From positions 99,760,001 to 99,824,000 of the forward strand of contig NW_024704742.1 in the NCBI RefSeq assembly GCF_018977255.1: a stretch of DNA of 64,000 bases, in the 5' to 3' direction. The position numbers were made by a program, and so were the translations under genes. Source of the stretch: Callorhinchus milii. Its lineage: Eukaryota. How positions within the stretch are numbered: the first letter of the stretch is position 1; every line of letters begins with the position of its first letter. The notes beneath the pieces are model-generated. The model was not told the origin of the DNA. It did not search any database and saw nothing but the letters and a program-made list of their open reading frames with translations. Below, piece by piece: positions 27,585-40,830 of this stretch.

Positions 27585-27931
27585 AATAATAATCCTTGCA
27601 TTTGATATAGCGCCTTATCGCATCGTTGAGAGGTCTCAAAAAGCGTCACAGAATATACTGTAAAGTTAATTGACTGTATATTTTGTGGGTGATACATAGC
27701 ACCTAATTACGCACACCAGTGACCCAATTTTTTTTAAAGTGATTATTACCCTGAAAAATGATCCACTAATCATCTAAAAACTGGGTTCCTACTTACTGCT
27801 ACTTACTGCTAGGTAAACAGAGGCATGTGGAGTAAGGAAACTCGCCTAACATTTCTCCCTGCCCAGGAATCAAACTTGGGTCCTCTTGCTTGCAAGACGA
27901 ATGCTCTAACCAATACACTGCAGGACTCCAC
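27585..27931 (-). mobile_element. tRNA-SINE long form, full length
   Basis: Head gtggagtcctgcagtg..ggttagagc..ttgcaagc; internal ctctgtttacctagcagtaagtag with a small tandem duplication; tail. Confidence 0.85.
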
Positions 27932-28504
27932 AAAGAATCATGTGACCCTTTAATATTCAAGCAGAGTGACTTTCATTGAGTTACCTCACTAAGGGAAAAA
28001 TTGCCAAAAATAGGCTGAATGACCAAAAATGAAGGAAGTCTATTTTCAGTTAATGGGATATTCTCCACCCTTTACAAACTTAAATATTTGCCTACAATAC
28101 ACAGTCACTATACTTTACAATAAAATCCTGTGAAGTGCTTTGAGGTGCCTTGACAACTGATACGGCATCATCTCATATTACGATTTATTAATCGGTAATT
28201 TAATCAGATTGCTATTCATTTAATATTTCAGAGTGTGCAGAATTTGGCAAACTGTGAAATTCAGTTCTTACTTTGAAGCCCGTTTTCACTATTTCTTTCT
28301 TATTTCATTTTGCTAACAACTTTTCATTTGTGGCCTCTCACTGAAAATTTTGTAAACCAAGAGCTATAAATTACAAGTTGCAATTAACATAACAAATCCA
28401 CTTTGTAACACGTACATTTGTACATTTGCTTTCACACTGGGAGGACATCTCAAAGTGCTTGAGAGTGCTGGGAGCCCGAGCTAGGGGGCATGGAGCTGCC
28501 GAGC

Positions 28505-28677
28505 AGACCTCAGTTTAACATCTCATCTGAAGGATGGCGCCTATGACATGCAGCACACCCCCAGCACTGCATTGGAGTGTTAGCCTAGACTATGTGATTC
28601 CAAGTCACAATGTGGGGCTTCCACCCACAATCTTCTAACTCAGAGGCGAGCGTGCTACCACTGCGGCAGGCTGACAC
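28505..28677 (-). mobile_element. Deu-domain SINE 5' half
   Basis: Head gtgtcagcctgccgcagtggtagcacgctc; core ccatccttcagatgagatgttaaactgagg. Confidence 0.75.
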
Positions 28678-31600
28678 ATGGGACAGTTATACAAACACCA
28701 AGTGAGCACTGGGAACTAACTCAGTGTTAGTTATGATCAGTCAAACATTGTGTAATCTTTTTTTATGTTGATTTCAAACTGTGGGAGGGGAGAGGGAAGA
28801 GGGGAAGGTGTTCACTTTGATTTTTCAAAGTTTTGAAGGACGGCCAACAAGCAAGCTGAAAGATTTAAAATGTAAATTATTATTTTGATGGGTTATCACA
28901 GACTACTGTTAGCATCCTGTCCTTTGCTTTATTGATGAAGAGGTTCCTCTGCTAAGGCAACAAAACAGGAGAGTGCAGTGCAGTCATACCACATCCACTT
29001 TTATTGTCTGCTTCTTTCTGGTGATGTGAAAAAACATTCCCCTCAGACCAGGAGGGAAGGGGAGGTGGGGTGGGCGGACAGGTCTCTGCTTTTATGAGCA
29101 GAGCTAACAGTCTCACATCGCTACCAGCAATACCTTTCTCTCTCCCTGACTTTAATGAAAACTTCACTTATTAATATGGGAGTGAGCAGTGCTGGCTGAC
29201 AAAGTAAGATAAAATAAATTGAAAGTGACATAGAGGAGAGTGTGGGTGTTAATGTGCTTCACGGACACTCTCCCTGACATCGTGAAAGGTCTCGTCTGCA
29301 AGCCAGAGACTTTGAGACTGTGCCTTTGACACCGAGCCAGTTTAAGCCAGATAACCTGATTGATTTATAATGCTGGCAGATACAACATTGAGCTGCAAAT
29401 TAACAGCGCAATGCAAAATATATGAGAGCTGTCCTGAAGCTCTTTGTCTCTCTTTCTTACATCAGTTTGTACTCATTGAGCAAACCAAATGGCAGATTTC
29501 CCCGCTGACTGGGTAGCCCACTCCATCCCTGGCCACACTTCATCAGCCAGACTACAGGCCATAAAGCACTCCAGATAGGATGCTTTGGTAAATCCCTAGC
29601 TGCTTGTCAAACTGGCAACACTTCATGTATTTATAGACTCCGATTCAAATATGAACTCGAGCCAAATTCCAAGCGGCACTAAGCAGCGTGTATGGGAGAC
29701 AAGCAGGTGAACTAACCTCCCAATATAGGAAATCATGCTCTATTTACAGTCACTCTGTGCTAAGCATGGTGGGGAAGAGGAAGGCTAGGTTTTAATGGCC
29801 TGTGACAGCCTATATTTAAAGCAGATTTTCCCTTGAGGTACCTTAGTGGGGAAGCCATTCTGCCTGCCCCCCAACCCCCATCGTGACCTGCTGATTTATT
29901 TACTTTTAGTTTTTTTTCTTCAAAAACAGTTATGCCTTTGGGAATTAAATCTGGAAAAGTTACATCTTTGCTGTTTAATGTAATAAACAGATCCTTAGAT
30001 AAGTGTGACAGAGCTGGACTATTCATTGCTTCAGAAAGTTTCTGAGTGTTTGTTGCAATGAACTGTGTTCTGCTCAGCTGGAATGTATTATCTTCAAAGG
30101 CTTTTTAACAGACTCACATTAAACCCATTTTCCCTTGTCCAGGCAGGATGAATCTGGAAACAGCTTGTTTGCTGTGGATCGTTTCCCTGTTCTACTGAGA
30201 CGTGTAGTTTTGCAAACCTAAGAGTTGGTTAAAATACCAACAATGTATTTTCTGGCATTTTCACTTGTTCCACTGTTACAAAAATATTTTCCCTCCTCTT
30301 GAATCATCAGAGCTGCCAACAGATGCATTGTTCTAACTAAACCCATCTCTGAAGTTAAGAGTTTATCTTGGCTGTGAAAAGGATCAGTGATTTATATCAT
30401 GCTTTACTTCATTCTCCTTTGAGCCCAAGCCAAGTGTCTAGCCAGCATTTTGGAGAAAACAGCGAGTGGAAGTGTGTCTACAGTTTGTGTTTGGGGGGGA
30501 GAAATCTAATACAATCATAAACATTCCTGCTATTCAGCAAATGGTAGGGTATTCTAGCTAACACATTAATAACCTGCCTGTTTTAGCTTTCAACCCCATT
30601 TGATAATGATGTACTCGGATAGGATTTCACTCTTTATTCTCTCCCCCACTCCCCACCGACCTCACACCACAGAAAATAAAACAGGAACCTAACCACAGAC
30701 TAAACAAAGCTTCCTGTAGCCAGCAGCTGGGATCTGATGTGAGTTATGACCGTGAGACCTTGCCCTTCCTCACAGAGTATACACTTTGAGCTCGGACACA
30801 AAGCTTGACATTGATTTGATGGGTGACGTACTTGACATGGCTTTGACTTGTGCTTGGTTACACCATTTAAACATGGGACCCAGACTGACTTTCTACCCTT
30901 TTTAGAAAGCTTGACTGAACCTGCACTCAACGTCTCATCGGATCTGCCAGTGTAGATGTGGGGGAGGATGAAACCTGATTGTTTGCTGTAAATATGTTTA
31001 ACTGGGTTTGAGTAACATGTTTTGTGTCTTGTAATATCTCAGGTTGTTTTAGATTGGACTGTAATTCTACAGAAGGCCTATGATGTTGCATAGTGTCCTA
31101 CATTTGGAACTTGCCCAGCCAGAGATGAATAATGTGGAACAGAGGATTGTATTCTAAAGCTTTGCTCAGCTTAACTTTTGCGGCAAAAATAAACTTTGCA
31201 GAACGTTTACTCAGGATAAGCAGTGGGATTAGTGTACTTTGATGATATGAGCAGTTAATGAGTTTCTCATTTCAAGGGTACGTTCTGGTCTTGTACTGGC
31301 AGCGCATCACCCACTAAAACACTCATGTAAAGTCCATGGTCGAGTGGGTTACAGATAGACTGTGAAAAGAATGGGCTTGATGAGCCAATTGGCCTGTTAT
31401 TACCCATGCTTTCTTCTAGGCTCAGTTGTTGGAAACTTGTTACAGACACGGAAAACTAAGCACGGGTTCAGTGACGTTCCTTAAATCAAATTTCCCTGAA
31501 ATTTGCTTCAGCTGCGAATTTTCAAACCTACTTTTATGGATTCGGAATGGATTTGGAAGCAGGAAGAGACCATTCTATAAGAAAGAGGGTTTCAGTATTA

Positions 31601-34168
31601 ACCGAGGCACCTGGACAGGTCAGACCCCCTTCATGGCTGGTTTCCAGACAACCTCTGGCATTTTAACTCCAAATTAATATCGACGGAAGGAAACATATCC
31701 AGCACTGCCCCTAGTTCAGCAGATCATTATTGTTCACTCATGTCTTTTAAGGTGGTACAACATTGCTTGGGGTCATACACAGTGAGGAACATCACAGCTG
31801 TCTCCCTCCCACCTCTCTCCGTCCCAAATAACACATGGACAATAAAACACATATGTTGGAGGGTTTACAAAAAACTGACAGGCTCCTTATTTTTTTGAAC
31901 TGTATAAACTCCTCTTTCAATGAGCTTGAATGATTTCCCAGTTATAACGTCAGTCAAACAGTGCTTTCATATTTTATAATGTACCCTGTACTGAAGGTTG
32001 CTTATCCTCTGTTCCTTGTGTTTATATGGTTCATGTTAGTTTCAGAGCAGTTGTAAATTTGAAACAGATCGAGTGTGCAGCTATCGTGCAAACCAGGGCT
32101 CAGGAGGTCATTATGGTCTTGTGTTCTGACCATTGCTTGTTAGGAATGCAACAAACCCTGTGATGATTTAATCAGGACCATCGCTCAGTCCCTGTGGGAC
32201 TGGTCAGGTCAGCACGTTAACTGTTATCATTTCTTACTTCATCCACTTCTCACCAGCTTTCCTGGTTAGCCTCCATCAACTCTATGTGAGATAATCGCAA
32301 CATATACAAGGTACTAGAGATGCACTTCTGCAGGGTTATTCAATGTATTTTCCTGTTTATATGTGTCAAATGCTAACTCATAGGCATCTGCACTTTAGTC
32401 ACTGAACTGAAAATGATATTATAATAACCGAGATAGAGTGTGATCCATTTACCAATGGATATCAGAGAAGGAAGTTTCTCCTCTTTCCTTGCTAACAAAT
32501 CCCCCAAATGAAATTGATCATTCACATCATGATTATTGCTGTGTTTGTCTACAAAATACACACCCACTACACTTTACAGTAAATCTTTTGACACATATCG
32601 ACGACGTGATAAGGCACTATATCAAATGCAAGGATAATTATTTATTATACGAATCGGTTAGCACACATTGCATTTTGGAAGTAAAATAAAACTAGCAAAA
32701 CGAGATGAAACAGGAGCTACATCTTTATTTAATGAACACTTAGCAGAGAGCAAAGGTGTGTAATTGAAGCTCTGAGGTATGGATATTGTAATAGGTTCAA
32801 GATCGCAGGATGCTGGCTGAAGCTAGACTTATCTTGTGCAGCTGAATATTATTCATCTATTCTTCATCTTCAGACTCAAAGACTTATAAAAAGGTCACTA
32901 ATGATTTAAGAATGCAATGCCGTTACACTGTCATATTGAACTGTGATGCATGCAGCAATTTTAGCAAGTGTCTGTGGGTATCTACTGTAAAAACTAATGG
33001 TCATTGTGTAATAAATACAGGCTATTAAAGTGTTTTTCCAGTACTCCCTGCTACCATTATCCGATTAGTCAAGGCTATAAAATTTATTGCCTGTGGAATA
33101 ATGGCAAGTCCTGTAGTTTACACATTCCAGGCAAAAGCAGCTGATACTGGATAGAAAGTTACAAAAGGAAAAAAATCCTAATTTGCAAATAGCGTACGAG
33201 GAAAAATATCGATACCGATTAATGCTTCATTAAAATCCTTTATTTGGCAAATTAAGCAGTGATATGGACGTAATTCTCTTTATATAGTATTAAAGGAGGT
33301 GTCCTCGACATCATTTTCTATGACAAAAAAAAAGCCTGGAGTAAACCTTGTGCTGTACTGACCTTTGAAATAAAATGGATTTCATGCAGAGCAGGCTTGT
33401 AGCTGGCAAGCATTGTGAAACAGCACAGATATGGCAGCTTCACGGTTGCTATGGGCTGTTACAGTACATCATTTTGCATAAAATGCTTGAGCTGGCGCTT
33501 TTCTCTTTCATTGCCTGCATAATGTCAAGCTGAGAAAAACAAGGTGTGCACCTGCTAAGTAATGGCTTTATTTGAGAGGAAGATATTTCTAGCTTCAGTG
33601 CCTGAATTTACAATTTTGGCAAGCAGGAAATTACCTCGAACTTCAAAAACTGTTGATGCGAAAGAGTTTTTGCTTTCTGCTCATCATAGAATTCTTCTTT
33701 TACTGTAAATGATCAAATCCACAGTGCAGCCAGATTTTAGAAGGTTTGGGAGTTTGTGGGGGTGGTGGCGGCTTTACAAGAATTTGAAGCCAAAGTATTT
33801 TTAATTCCCAAAGAAAACATACTATATATTCTACAGCCAAGTGAAACAAAATAACCTTGAGTCTCTCAATCCTTCTGTCTATCTGTCTCTATTTCTTTCT
33901 TTCTCTTATTGTTTCTTCTCGTTATCTGTTCCTCTCTCAGTATCAATACAATCTAAATTCAGGTATCGTTCACATCAGGAGGATGTCACAGGCTCACCCC
34001 AATTCTGCATAGCTGTTGTGGAGATGTGCGATTATAATGAGAGAAATCTCAATTAGAGACTGATTAAGTCAAGGATGCCATTGTAATGTTGACCGGAATT
34101 TCATCTCGCTTGCCACTGCCCCGACACTGTAGTAAGGTTAAACAGTGACTTCACTGCCAGTTCATCGT

Positions 34169-34483
34169 TAATAATAATAATCCTTGCATTTGATATAGCG
34201 TTTTTCGTGTCTTCTAGACATCTCAAAGTGCTTCACAAAATATACTGTAAAATGAATTGACTGTATATTTGTGGGTGAAATGCGGCAGCCAATTGCGCAC
34301 AACAGTGTCCCACAAACAGTCATGAATTGAAGTGACCAATTTATTGTTGTTTTTTTTTCTTGAGGGATTATTATCAGGCATGTGGAGTAAGGAAATTTGC
34401 CCAATGTTTTGTTCTGCTGGGAACCGAACCCAGGCCTCTTGCTTGCGAGGTGAGCGCTCTAACCACTGAGCTACAGGACTCCA
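34169..34483 (-). mobile_element. tRNA-SINE short form, full length
   Basis: tggagtcctgtagctcagtggttagagcgctc head; ORF similar to 50293 and 52009; (ATT)n tail. Confidence 0.9.
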
Positions 34484-36629
34484 TCAGTTGCACAAAAATC
34501 ACCACAACATCTCAGTGCATGAAGGGAACTGATTGAATCCTCCCCAACATCACATCACAGTCCAGAGTTTACTTCACGTCTGTTTTTCCGAGGAAGATAC
34601 AAGATAAACCTGAAAATGTAAGTGCCTCCTGCTTTTGGAGGTTGTTTTGTGTAAAAAAAACGTACTTTTGGAGTTGAGTAAATACAATAATTTGTTGGAT
34701 TCTTTTTAATCCTCAGTGTCTTGTGGGAAAATAAATTCCATATAATCTATCTTCAGAACTTCTGCTTTATCATTTTGTTTCCTACCCGCACCATCCCATT
34801 CTAATCCACCAATGCTGCACTTATCACACCACATAAAGTACCGAAAGTAAGGCAGTCAAAATGCAAACTGCAACCCATGCTTTTAAATAAAGACATAAAT
34901 TACATTTTAAAATAGCTGCCGTTGCTTCTAAGCCCAGCTTGCCTCTTGACTTCCCTTCTGCCATGTTAATTGAGGATTAGTTCCATATGGTATTTATGCT
35001 ACAAACAGATTCTTCTTGTAGAACTGGAGCTCAGAAGCTTGTCTGAAAGCAAGCATGTTTATTCACAGTCAAGCACCTCTGCCTAGTTTTCCACTCAGGG
35101 AAAAACAATCCACCTGGCATAGACTAGCTGCTATCTAAGTAAAGGAAAGTTGACCATCAAACGTATAAGGAAAGCCCTAATGAGAAGGATGTCTTTGCAT
35201 TCTGTGCTGTAACATATGGTGATCTTCTGTGCTGTAAGTTTCTATGTTCTCTTCAAGATGGGTTTTGTACAGAACAATCCATTACAACAGCCCATTGGAA
35301 GTGAGTTTGGTGACAGTGGCAATCCTGATAGTCTGATTGTACTAGCCTCTGATGCTTAGAATTTGCAGTGAATCCCCCTCTGACTGCTTCAAAGTCATGT
35401 TCAATTTGGCAGCTGTTCATGGAAGAAGAACACCAGAATGTATCAGGCAATGTTGTAGTAGCACAATGCATTTGGATGACACGTTCTACTCACTGATATA
35501 CTGCAGGCAATCACTGAACGTGTGGGCTTTGGGTTGTTCCAAATCTCTGGCAGTTTAGAAATAAACTCAAGCATTTATCCTGTACTTTTAATTGGATTGC
35601 TGCCAAGCACAGATCCGTTTCTGTTCCAAACACAGTTCAACGAGGGTTAATCCAACGTGACAGGGAAAAAGCATCCAAGCGTTGCTTGGGTTATCACTCG
35701 TAATTAATGGTTGAACTTTTTAAGAGACGTAAGTTGTGTATTTTGGAAATCATTTTATAGAAGTGTATTTCGGAACAGTACAAAATGTACAGCCATTGCA
35801 TTATCCTATCAGCAATAGAATATATTTGGTAAGGATTTGGCAGGCGGTCCACATTTATGGGTGGCCTGAGGATGGCTGGGAGAATGTGCCAGACTTTGCT
35901 GAGGTTAGTGGGGGTGGAGAAAGAACATGATAGTAAGGGCTGGTTAGCCCTTTTTTGTGCTTTATTTATTTCAATTGGATTGGAGCTAACTGTCTTTTTG
36001 GCTTAGTATTCCAATTTATGTGGGGAATAAGTGGGGAAGTGGCCTGTTTTTTGTCAGCTTGCCAGGAATGAAGACCGAATCCTGAAAATATTCTCTGATT
36101 CAGTCTCAACAAGTACATGTGTTTTTTTCTTTTGGACTGAGCTATCTTCCACAGATAACTGACTCATGTTGAGTGGTTAGAGAGATGATTCCAATCTAAA
36201 TACATCAACTGCTTTTGGTTTGTTATCCCTTAGTGTCCACACCCTTCATTCATCTTACAGTGAAATGGCGTGACTATCTCCTCTGAGGCTGAAATTCCAC
36301 CTAGTTTTAACAAAATTGTGCATTCACTTCATGGTTGTTTATGGGACATTGTTGTATGTAAATTGGTTGCCACTTTTGCCCACAACCACACAGTTTTGTG
36401 ATGGTTTACAGTATATACACAGTCCTATAGAGCGCTTTGGGACATTCTCTTGACATGAAAGGTGCTATACCTAATGTAAGTTTATTCTTTATTAGTCTTA
36501 GCCCTTCAGACCATTTTGTCTTTACATTCAAAAGGCAGCCTTAATTTGAGAGAAGTTTGCTGCAGAAAACTAGCTTCTAGAGAGAAAGGAGCGGAGCTGG
36601 GACTTGACGACTCATTCCAGGACTTGGAG

Positions 36630-36799
36630 ATATACTGTAAAGTGAATTGACTGTATATTTGTGGGCATAATGTAGCAGCCAATTAACCCTGCAGTGTCCC
36701 ACAAACAGTCATGGATTGAGTGACCAAACTATTATTGTTTTTTTTGAGGGATTATTATCCCCAGAAAAGCGATTTGCCTATCGACTAACAACCAGGTTC
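36630..36799 (-). mobile_element. tRNA-SINE long-form internal fragment fused to L2
   Basis: aggaacctggttgttagtcgataggcaaatcgc...ctttacagtatat on the minus strand. Confidence 0.7.
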
Positions 36800-37436
36800 C
36801 TGCTGAGCGGAGGGAGCGGACGGGCTGATAGGGGGTCAGAAGGTCACAGAGGTAGGGTGTGGCGAGACCAATGAGCGCTTTGTAAGTGAGGACCAGGATT
36901 TTGAACTGGATCCTCTGAAGGATAGGGAGCCAATGGAGTCGGTCGAAAATGGGGGAGATGGGGTCACGGAATTTGGTCCGGGAGAGGACATGGGCTGCAG
37001 AGTTCTGGATTATCTGCTGTCTGTGGAGGGAGGAGTTGGGAAGAAAAGACAGTTGAGGGTCGAACAAGACACCTAGGTTCCTGACTGGCTGGTGAGTTGT
37101 AATGTGCAGCCATGGAGGTTGATGTTGCCAGTGCCTGAGGTGCAGAGGCGCTGGTGCGAGCCAATCAGGAGGGCCTCAGTCTTGTTCACATTCAACTGAA
37201 GGAAATTTGCCTTCATCCAGGACTTGATATCCGACAGGCAGTCTGTCAGGTCCTGGAGTTGAAGGTAGAGGCAGAAAGATAGAGTTAGATGCTATCCGTA
37301 TCCATATGGAAGTTGACCCCATGTCTGCGGACAATGCCACCAAGGGGGAGCATGTAGATATTAAAGAGGAGAGGGCCAAGGACAGAGCCCTGGGGGATGC
37401 CAGACTTGACAGTGCGGGGGCTAGAGGAAAAACCAT
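36799..37436 (-). mobile_element. L2 segment, inverted 5' part
   Basis: [10 protein letters not shown] through LTPYQPVRSLRSAG on the minus strand. Confidence 0.9.
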
Positions 37437-37440
37437 TAGA

Positions 37441-37743
37441 TCCAAATTTGCTCTACGTCGCCCGACCCACTCGCTCCACCATTGGCGGGAGAGCCTTCAG
37501 CCACTCTGCTGCCAACCTCTGCAACTCCATCCCCCAAACACTCTGCTCTGCCCCCTCCTTAGCCTCCTTCAAGTCCCGCCTCAAAACCATCCTCTTCAAC
37601 CATGCCATTGGTCACCCCCCTTCCCCTCCCCTCCCTTCTTCCCCCTGACCCCAGCTCAGGTCTGAAATGCTCTACACTGTCCAGCGCCTTGGGACGTCCT
37701 CCCGACATGAAAGGCGCTATACAAATGTAATCTTGTTGTTGTT
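37441..37743 (+). mobile_element. L2 3' end, non-inverted part
   Basis: [19 protein letters not shown]...FKSRLKTILF; (GTT)n tail. Confidence 0.9.
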
Positions 37744-38535
37744 CTAAACTAAGCCTGAATTTAAGAATTTTCCGCAATACTGCTCTGCTTAAATTTTCAG
37801 ACAATGGTCTTAAGAACAAAAACATGAAAAATCTTGGACCTCAAATGACCTATTTCAAAAACAGATAGAATAAGTCTGGTTTGAGAATAAGAGTGGGGTT
37901 TTGTTGGAAAAATCGCTCAGTACATACTACTACTCACGAGGAAGCAGAGGAAATGACTGCCAAGGTAACACCACATGGTAAACACCCTCACAGTAACTTT
38001 TTTAGTGAAAGCAGCATTATGAAAGGCTTCTATGAAGAGAAATTGTGGAGCTGAATGACAGAAATAAAAGTTAATAAGAAGCCTTGTATCTGTCATGTGA
38101 CTTAAATTAAAATGATATGAAGAATACTTTTATTTGGAAATGGGTTTAGATGTTTAATTGATGTTGAAAAATTGATGTTTGGATTGATTACAAGATAGTC
38201 GTATCAAACAAGGGTTCAGATGGTGCCGTAGGATGTGAAAGCAAAGCTCGAACAGTTTATACTCATTATCTGAGCCCCATGGGAGATAATAGCCTTGAAA
38301 TCACTCCCACATGCCTAGCTTGTTAGAGTGTAGACTTGCGTTTATATGAATAGTGTTTGACATAATAGTTACCAACAGCCAGACCACCATACACCGTGTA
38401 GCTGATATGCAATGACGTGCACATTAAAGGATTATTGTAATACATTCTTACCTCTAATTTTCTTCTCTTCTGAATAGAGTTGTTCATGTTGATATCTGGT
38501 ACCACGGCTACAGGAAGTCTTCCATTCCCAAGTGA

Positions 38536-38618
38536 CTGATACTCCAATAGCATACACGCTCTAGGCTTATGAACAGGGGGTTCATAAGCCTAGAGCGTGT
38601 ATGCTATTGGAGTATCAG
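38536..38618. repeat. Perfect 39-bp inverted repeat with 5-nt loop
   Basis: ctgatactccaatagcatacacgctctaggcttatgaac-agggg-gttcataagcctagagcgtgtatgctattggagtatcag. Confidence 0.97.
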
Positions 38619-39559
38619 GAGGAATCTGCACGATCACTGCACTTTAACAGGAATTGTTGTACAGTGTTTTGAGACATTTCAATGTTATAGATGGTGTATC
38701 AAATATAGATATCATTATTTATTATTATAAATTTTTGATAGTACAAAATTTTGGATAATTCTTGCGTTCAGAAAATCTAGAAGCTGGTTTTCCACTNAAA
38801 AAAATCCTGGGAAAACAAGCTTCCAAATTAAAACTGCGCAACTTTAACTTGTAAGACAACAATCTTAAGACTGAAATCAACATAAATTTCAGTCCTCAGG
38901 AGTGGAACCCTTGAAGATTGTTTTGCCCTCTTTAGCCTGGTTAAACTGATACTTGAAGTAGGACTCCAATCACCGGAGTCCAATGATGCTCTTCTGTCCT
39001 CTATGCTGAGCAGAGGACAGAATGTTTAGTCATTTAGTGTAGTGTTTAGTGTAATGTTTAGTCAAACATTACACACAGAATCATCTTTTCAATCATAGAT
39101 TGATTTTCTAAACATAACCATATCTGATTACTTCTAGAGAATGACTGGATCATCAAAAAGTACATAGACAGAAGGAAGAGAAAAAAAACAAGAAAGGAAA
39201 ATAGAAAGAGACAGACAGACATTTAGCTAATGGTATGAATTCAACTGATTGTAAATGTTTTTGGTAACTTTGCAGTAAATAGTTAACAAACTCAACATAA
39301 ATGAACAGAGATACAGTATAACCAAGAACAAATTTTAAGAACAATTTTACTAAGGGTGTTGCCTGGCAAGAATGCTACTGGCAAAAAGCTGATTGTATTG
39401 CATCATCTTACTTCCTCCTTCCAAATACAACACAGCAGGGTTTATGCAAACAAAACTATAAAGAGTCAATTAAAAACAAGCAGAGAAATAAATTGGGTAC
39501 ATGTTCATAGTGATTGATATGGGAAAGGTCATTTAAAATGCAAAGCGGAGAGGAGAAGG

Positions 39560-39990
39560 CATTCAAAGCTAATAAGGAATCCTAAGCTTAATTTATCTGA
39601 ATAGAATCATATAGCATCTGAACCAACCTCTTGGAATTGGGGGTTGGGGGAGTCACCGAGAAGACCAGGAACGGTGCCTTAAGATAACATTTCCAAATAC
39701 TGTAATCCACAGTTAGGCCACAATTGCATTATTGTAGACAGCTTTAGACATTCCATCATTTGAAGGATATGAAAGCAATAGGAAAGGTACAGCAAAGATT
39801 TACTGGGGCAGTTATGAAAGAGATTTGAGAAGTTAGGACTGTTTTCACAAGAGCTGAGAAGGTTAAGGGATAACCTTATTAAGGTTCACAAGCTTTTGAA
39901 GGGTCATGACAGGAAAAATCTGTGGTTGGTGGGCCAATAACAAGAGTGCACAAACTTAAGATAACTGCAATAAGAATTAAAGGGCAGGTT
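39560..39990 (+). mobile_element. CR1 ORF2 C-terminal remnant
   Basis: Decayed VRPQLHYC...KDMKAIGKVQQRFT...TRVHKLK motifs. Confidence 0.65.
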
Positions 39991-40134
39991 ACAAAACAAA
40001 TATAATAAAAATTCATATGATATAGTGCCGTGGCAGGTTTCACGGAAACCAATTGGACTTGGTACCATATGCTATCATTGCATGCAAAATAGCTCTTTTA
40101 CAGCCCATGTTGTTTGTGGGCACTATCCCACATT

Positions 40135-40460
40135 GAGACTTGAACTCACACTATCTAAGATGACACTCCAATGCAGTGCTGGGGGTGAGTTGCATTGTTG
40201 GAGGTGCAGCCCTACAGATGAAATGTTAAACATGGCACTGTTCCAAAAGAGTTTCTCCCGGTGTCTTGGCCAACAATCCCCCAAATAAAACTGGTCACTC
40301 ATTTCATGACAGTTTGTGAGATATTGCTGTACAATTAGACAGCTACATTCACCTACAAACACACAGTCACTCCATTTCACGGTAAAATCCTGTGAAGTGC
40401 TTTTGGATATCCTCCCAACGTGAAAAGCGTTACACCAAATGCAAGGATTATTATTATTAT
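40135..40460 (+). mobile_element. Deu-domain SINE (partial)
   Basis: cactccaatgcagtgctg...cagatgaaatgttaaac...gtttctcccggtgtcttggcc; (ATT)n tail. Confidence 0.7.
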
Positions 40461-40591
40461 AAATCCTCTCATCTACAGTGATAGTAATATTCTTTGCATT
40501 TGATATAGCAAATTATATTAAAGAAGACTATTTAACAGTTGTATCAACTTTCTCTGAAAACTAAAGGTAAATATTTTATTCTTGCAATAGA

Positions 40592-40830
40592 AGCATAGAA
40601 ATTTACAATTAGTAGGAAACCCATTGTGTTAGTGTTTACTCCTCTAATGAAGCCGTCCATCCTAATCCTAAATCCCTGCTCTTTCCTATATCTTCTAATA
40701 CCCTTCCTCCACATGTACTTTCCAAATTCCCATTCAAATGCCCCAGTTAACTGTGCTCCAACAGCCACCCCTGCTGAGGTATTCCACAATCTGACAAACC
40801 TCTGGGGGGGGGGGAGGGGGGGGAGAATAT
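40592..40830 (-). mobile_element. CR1 3' fragment
   Basis: catagaaatttac end; ...gtattccacaatctgacaaacctctg corresponds to QRFVRLWN on minus. Confidence 0.6.

Noticed and set aside
38797..38797. Ambiguous base N
   Set aside because: Assembly ambiguity, noted only as a caution for the nearby hairpin
38992..39022. 11-bp hairpin (similar ones near 57468 and 63211)
   Set aside because: Short stems of this size can arise by chance or slippage; nothing else supports them
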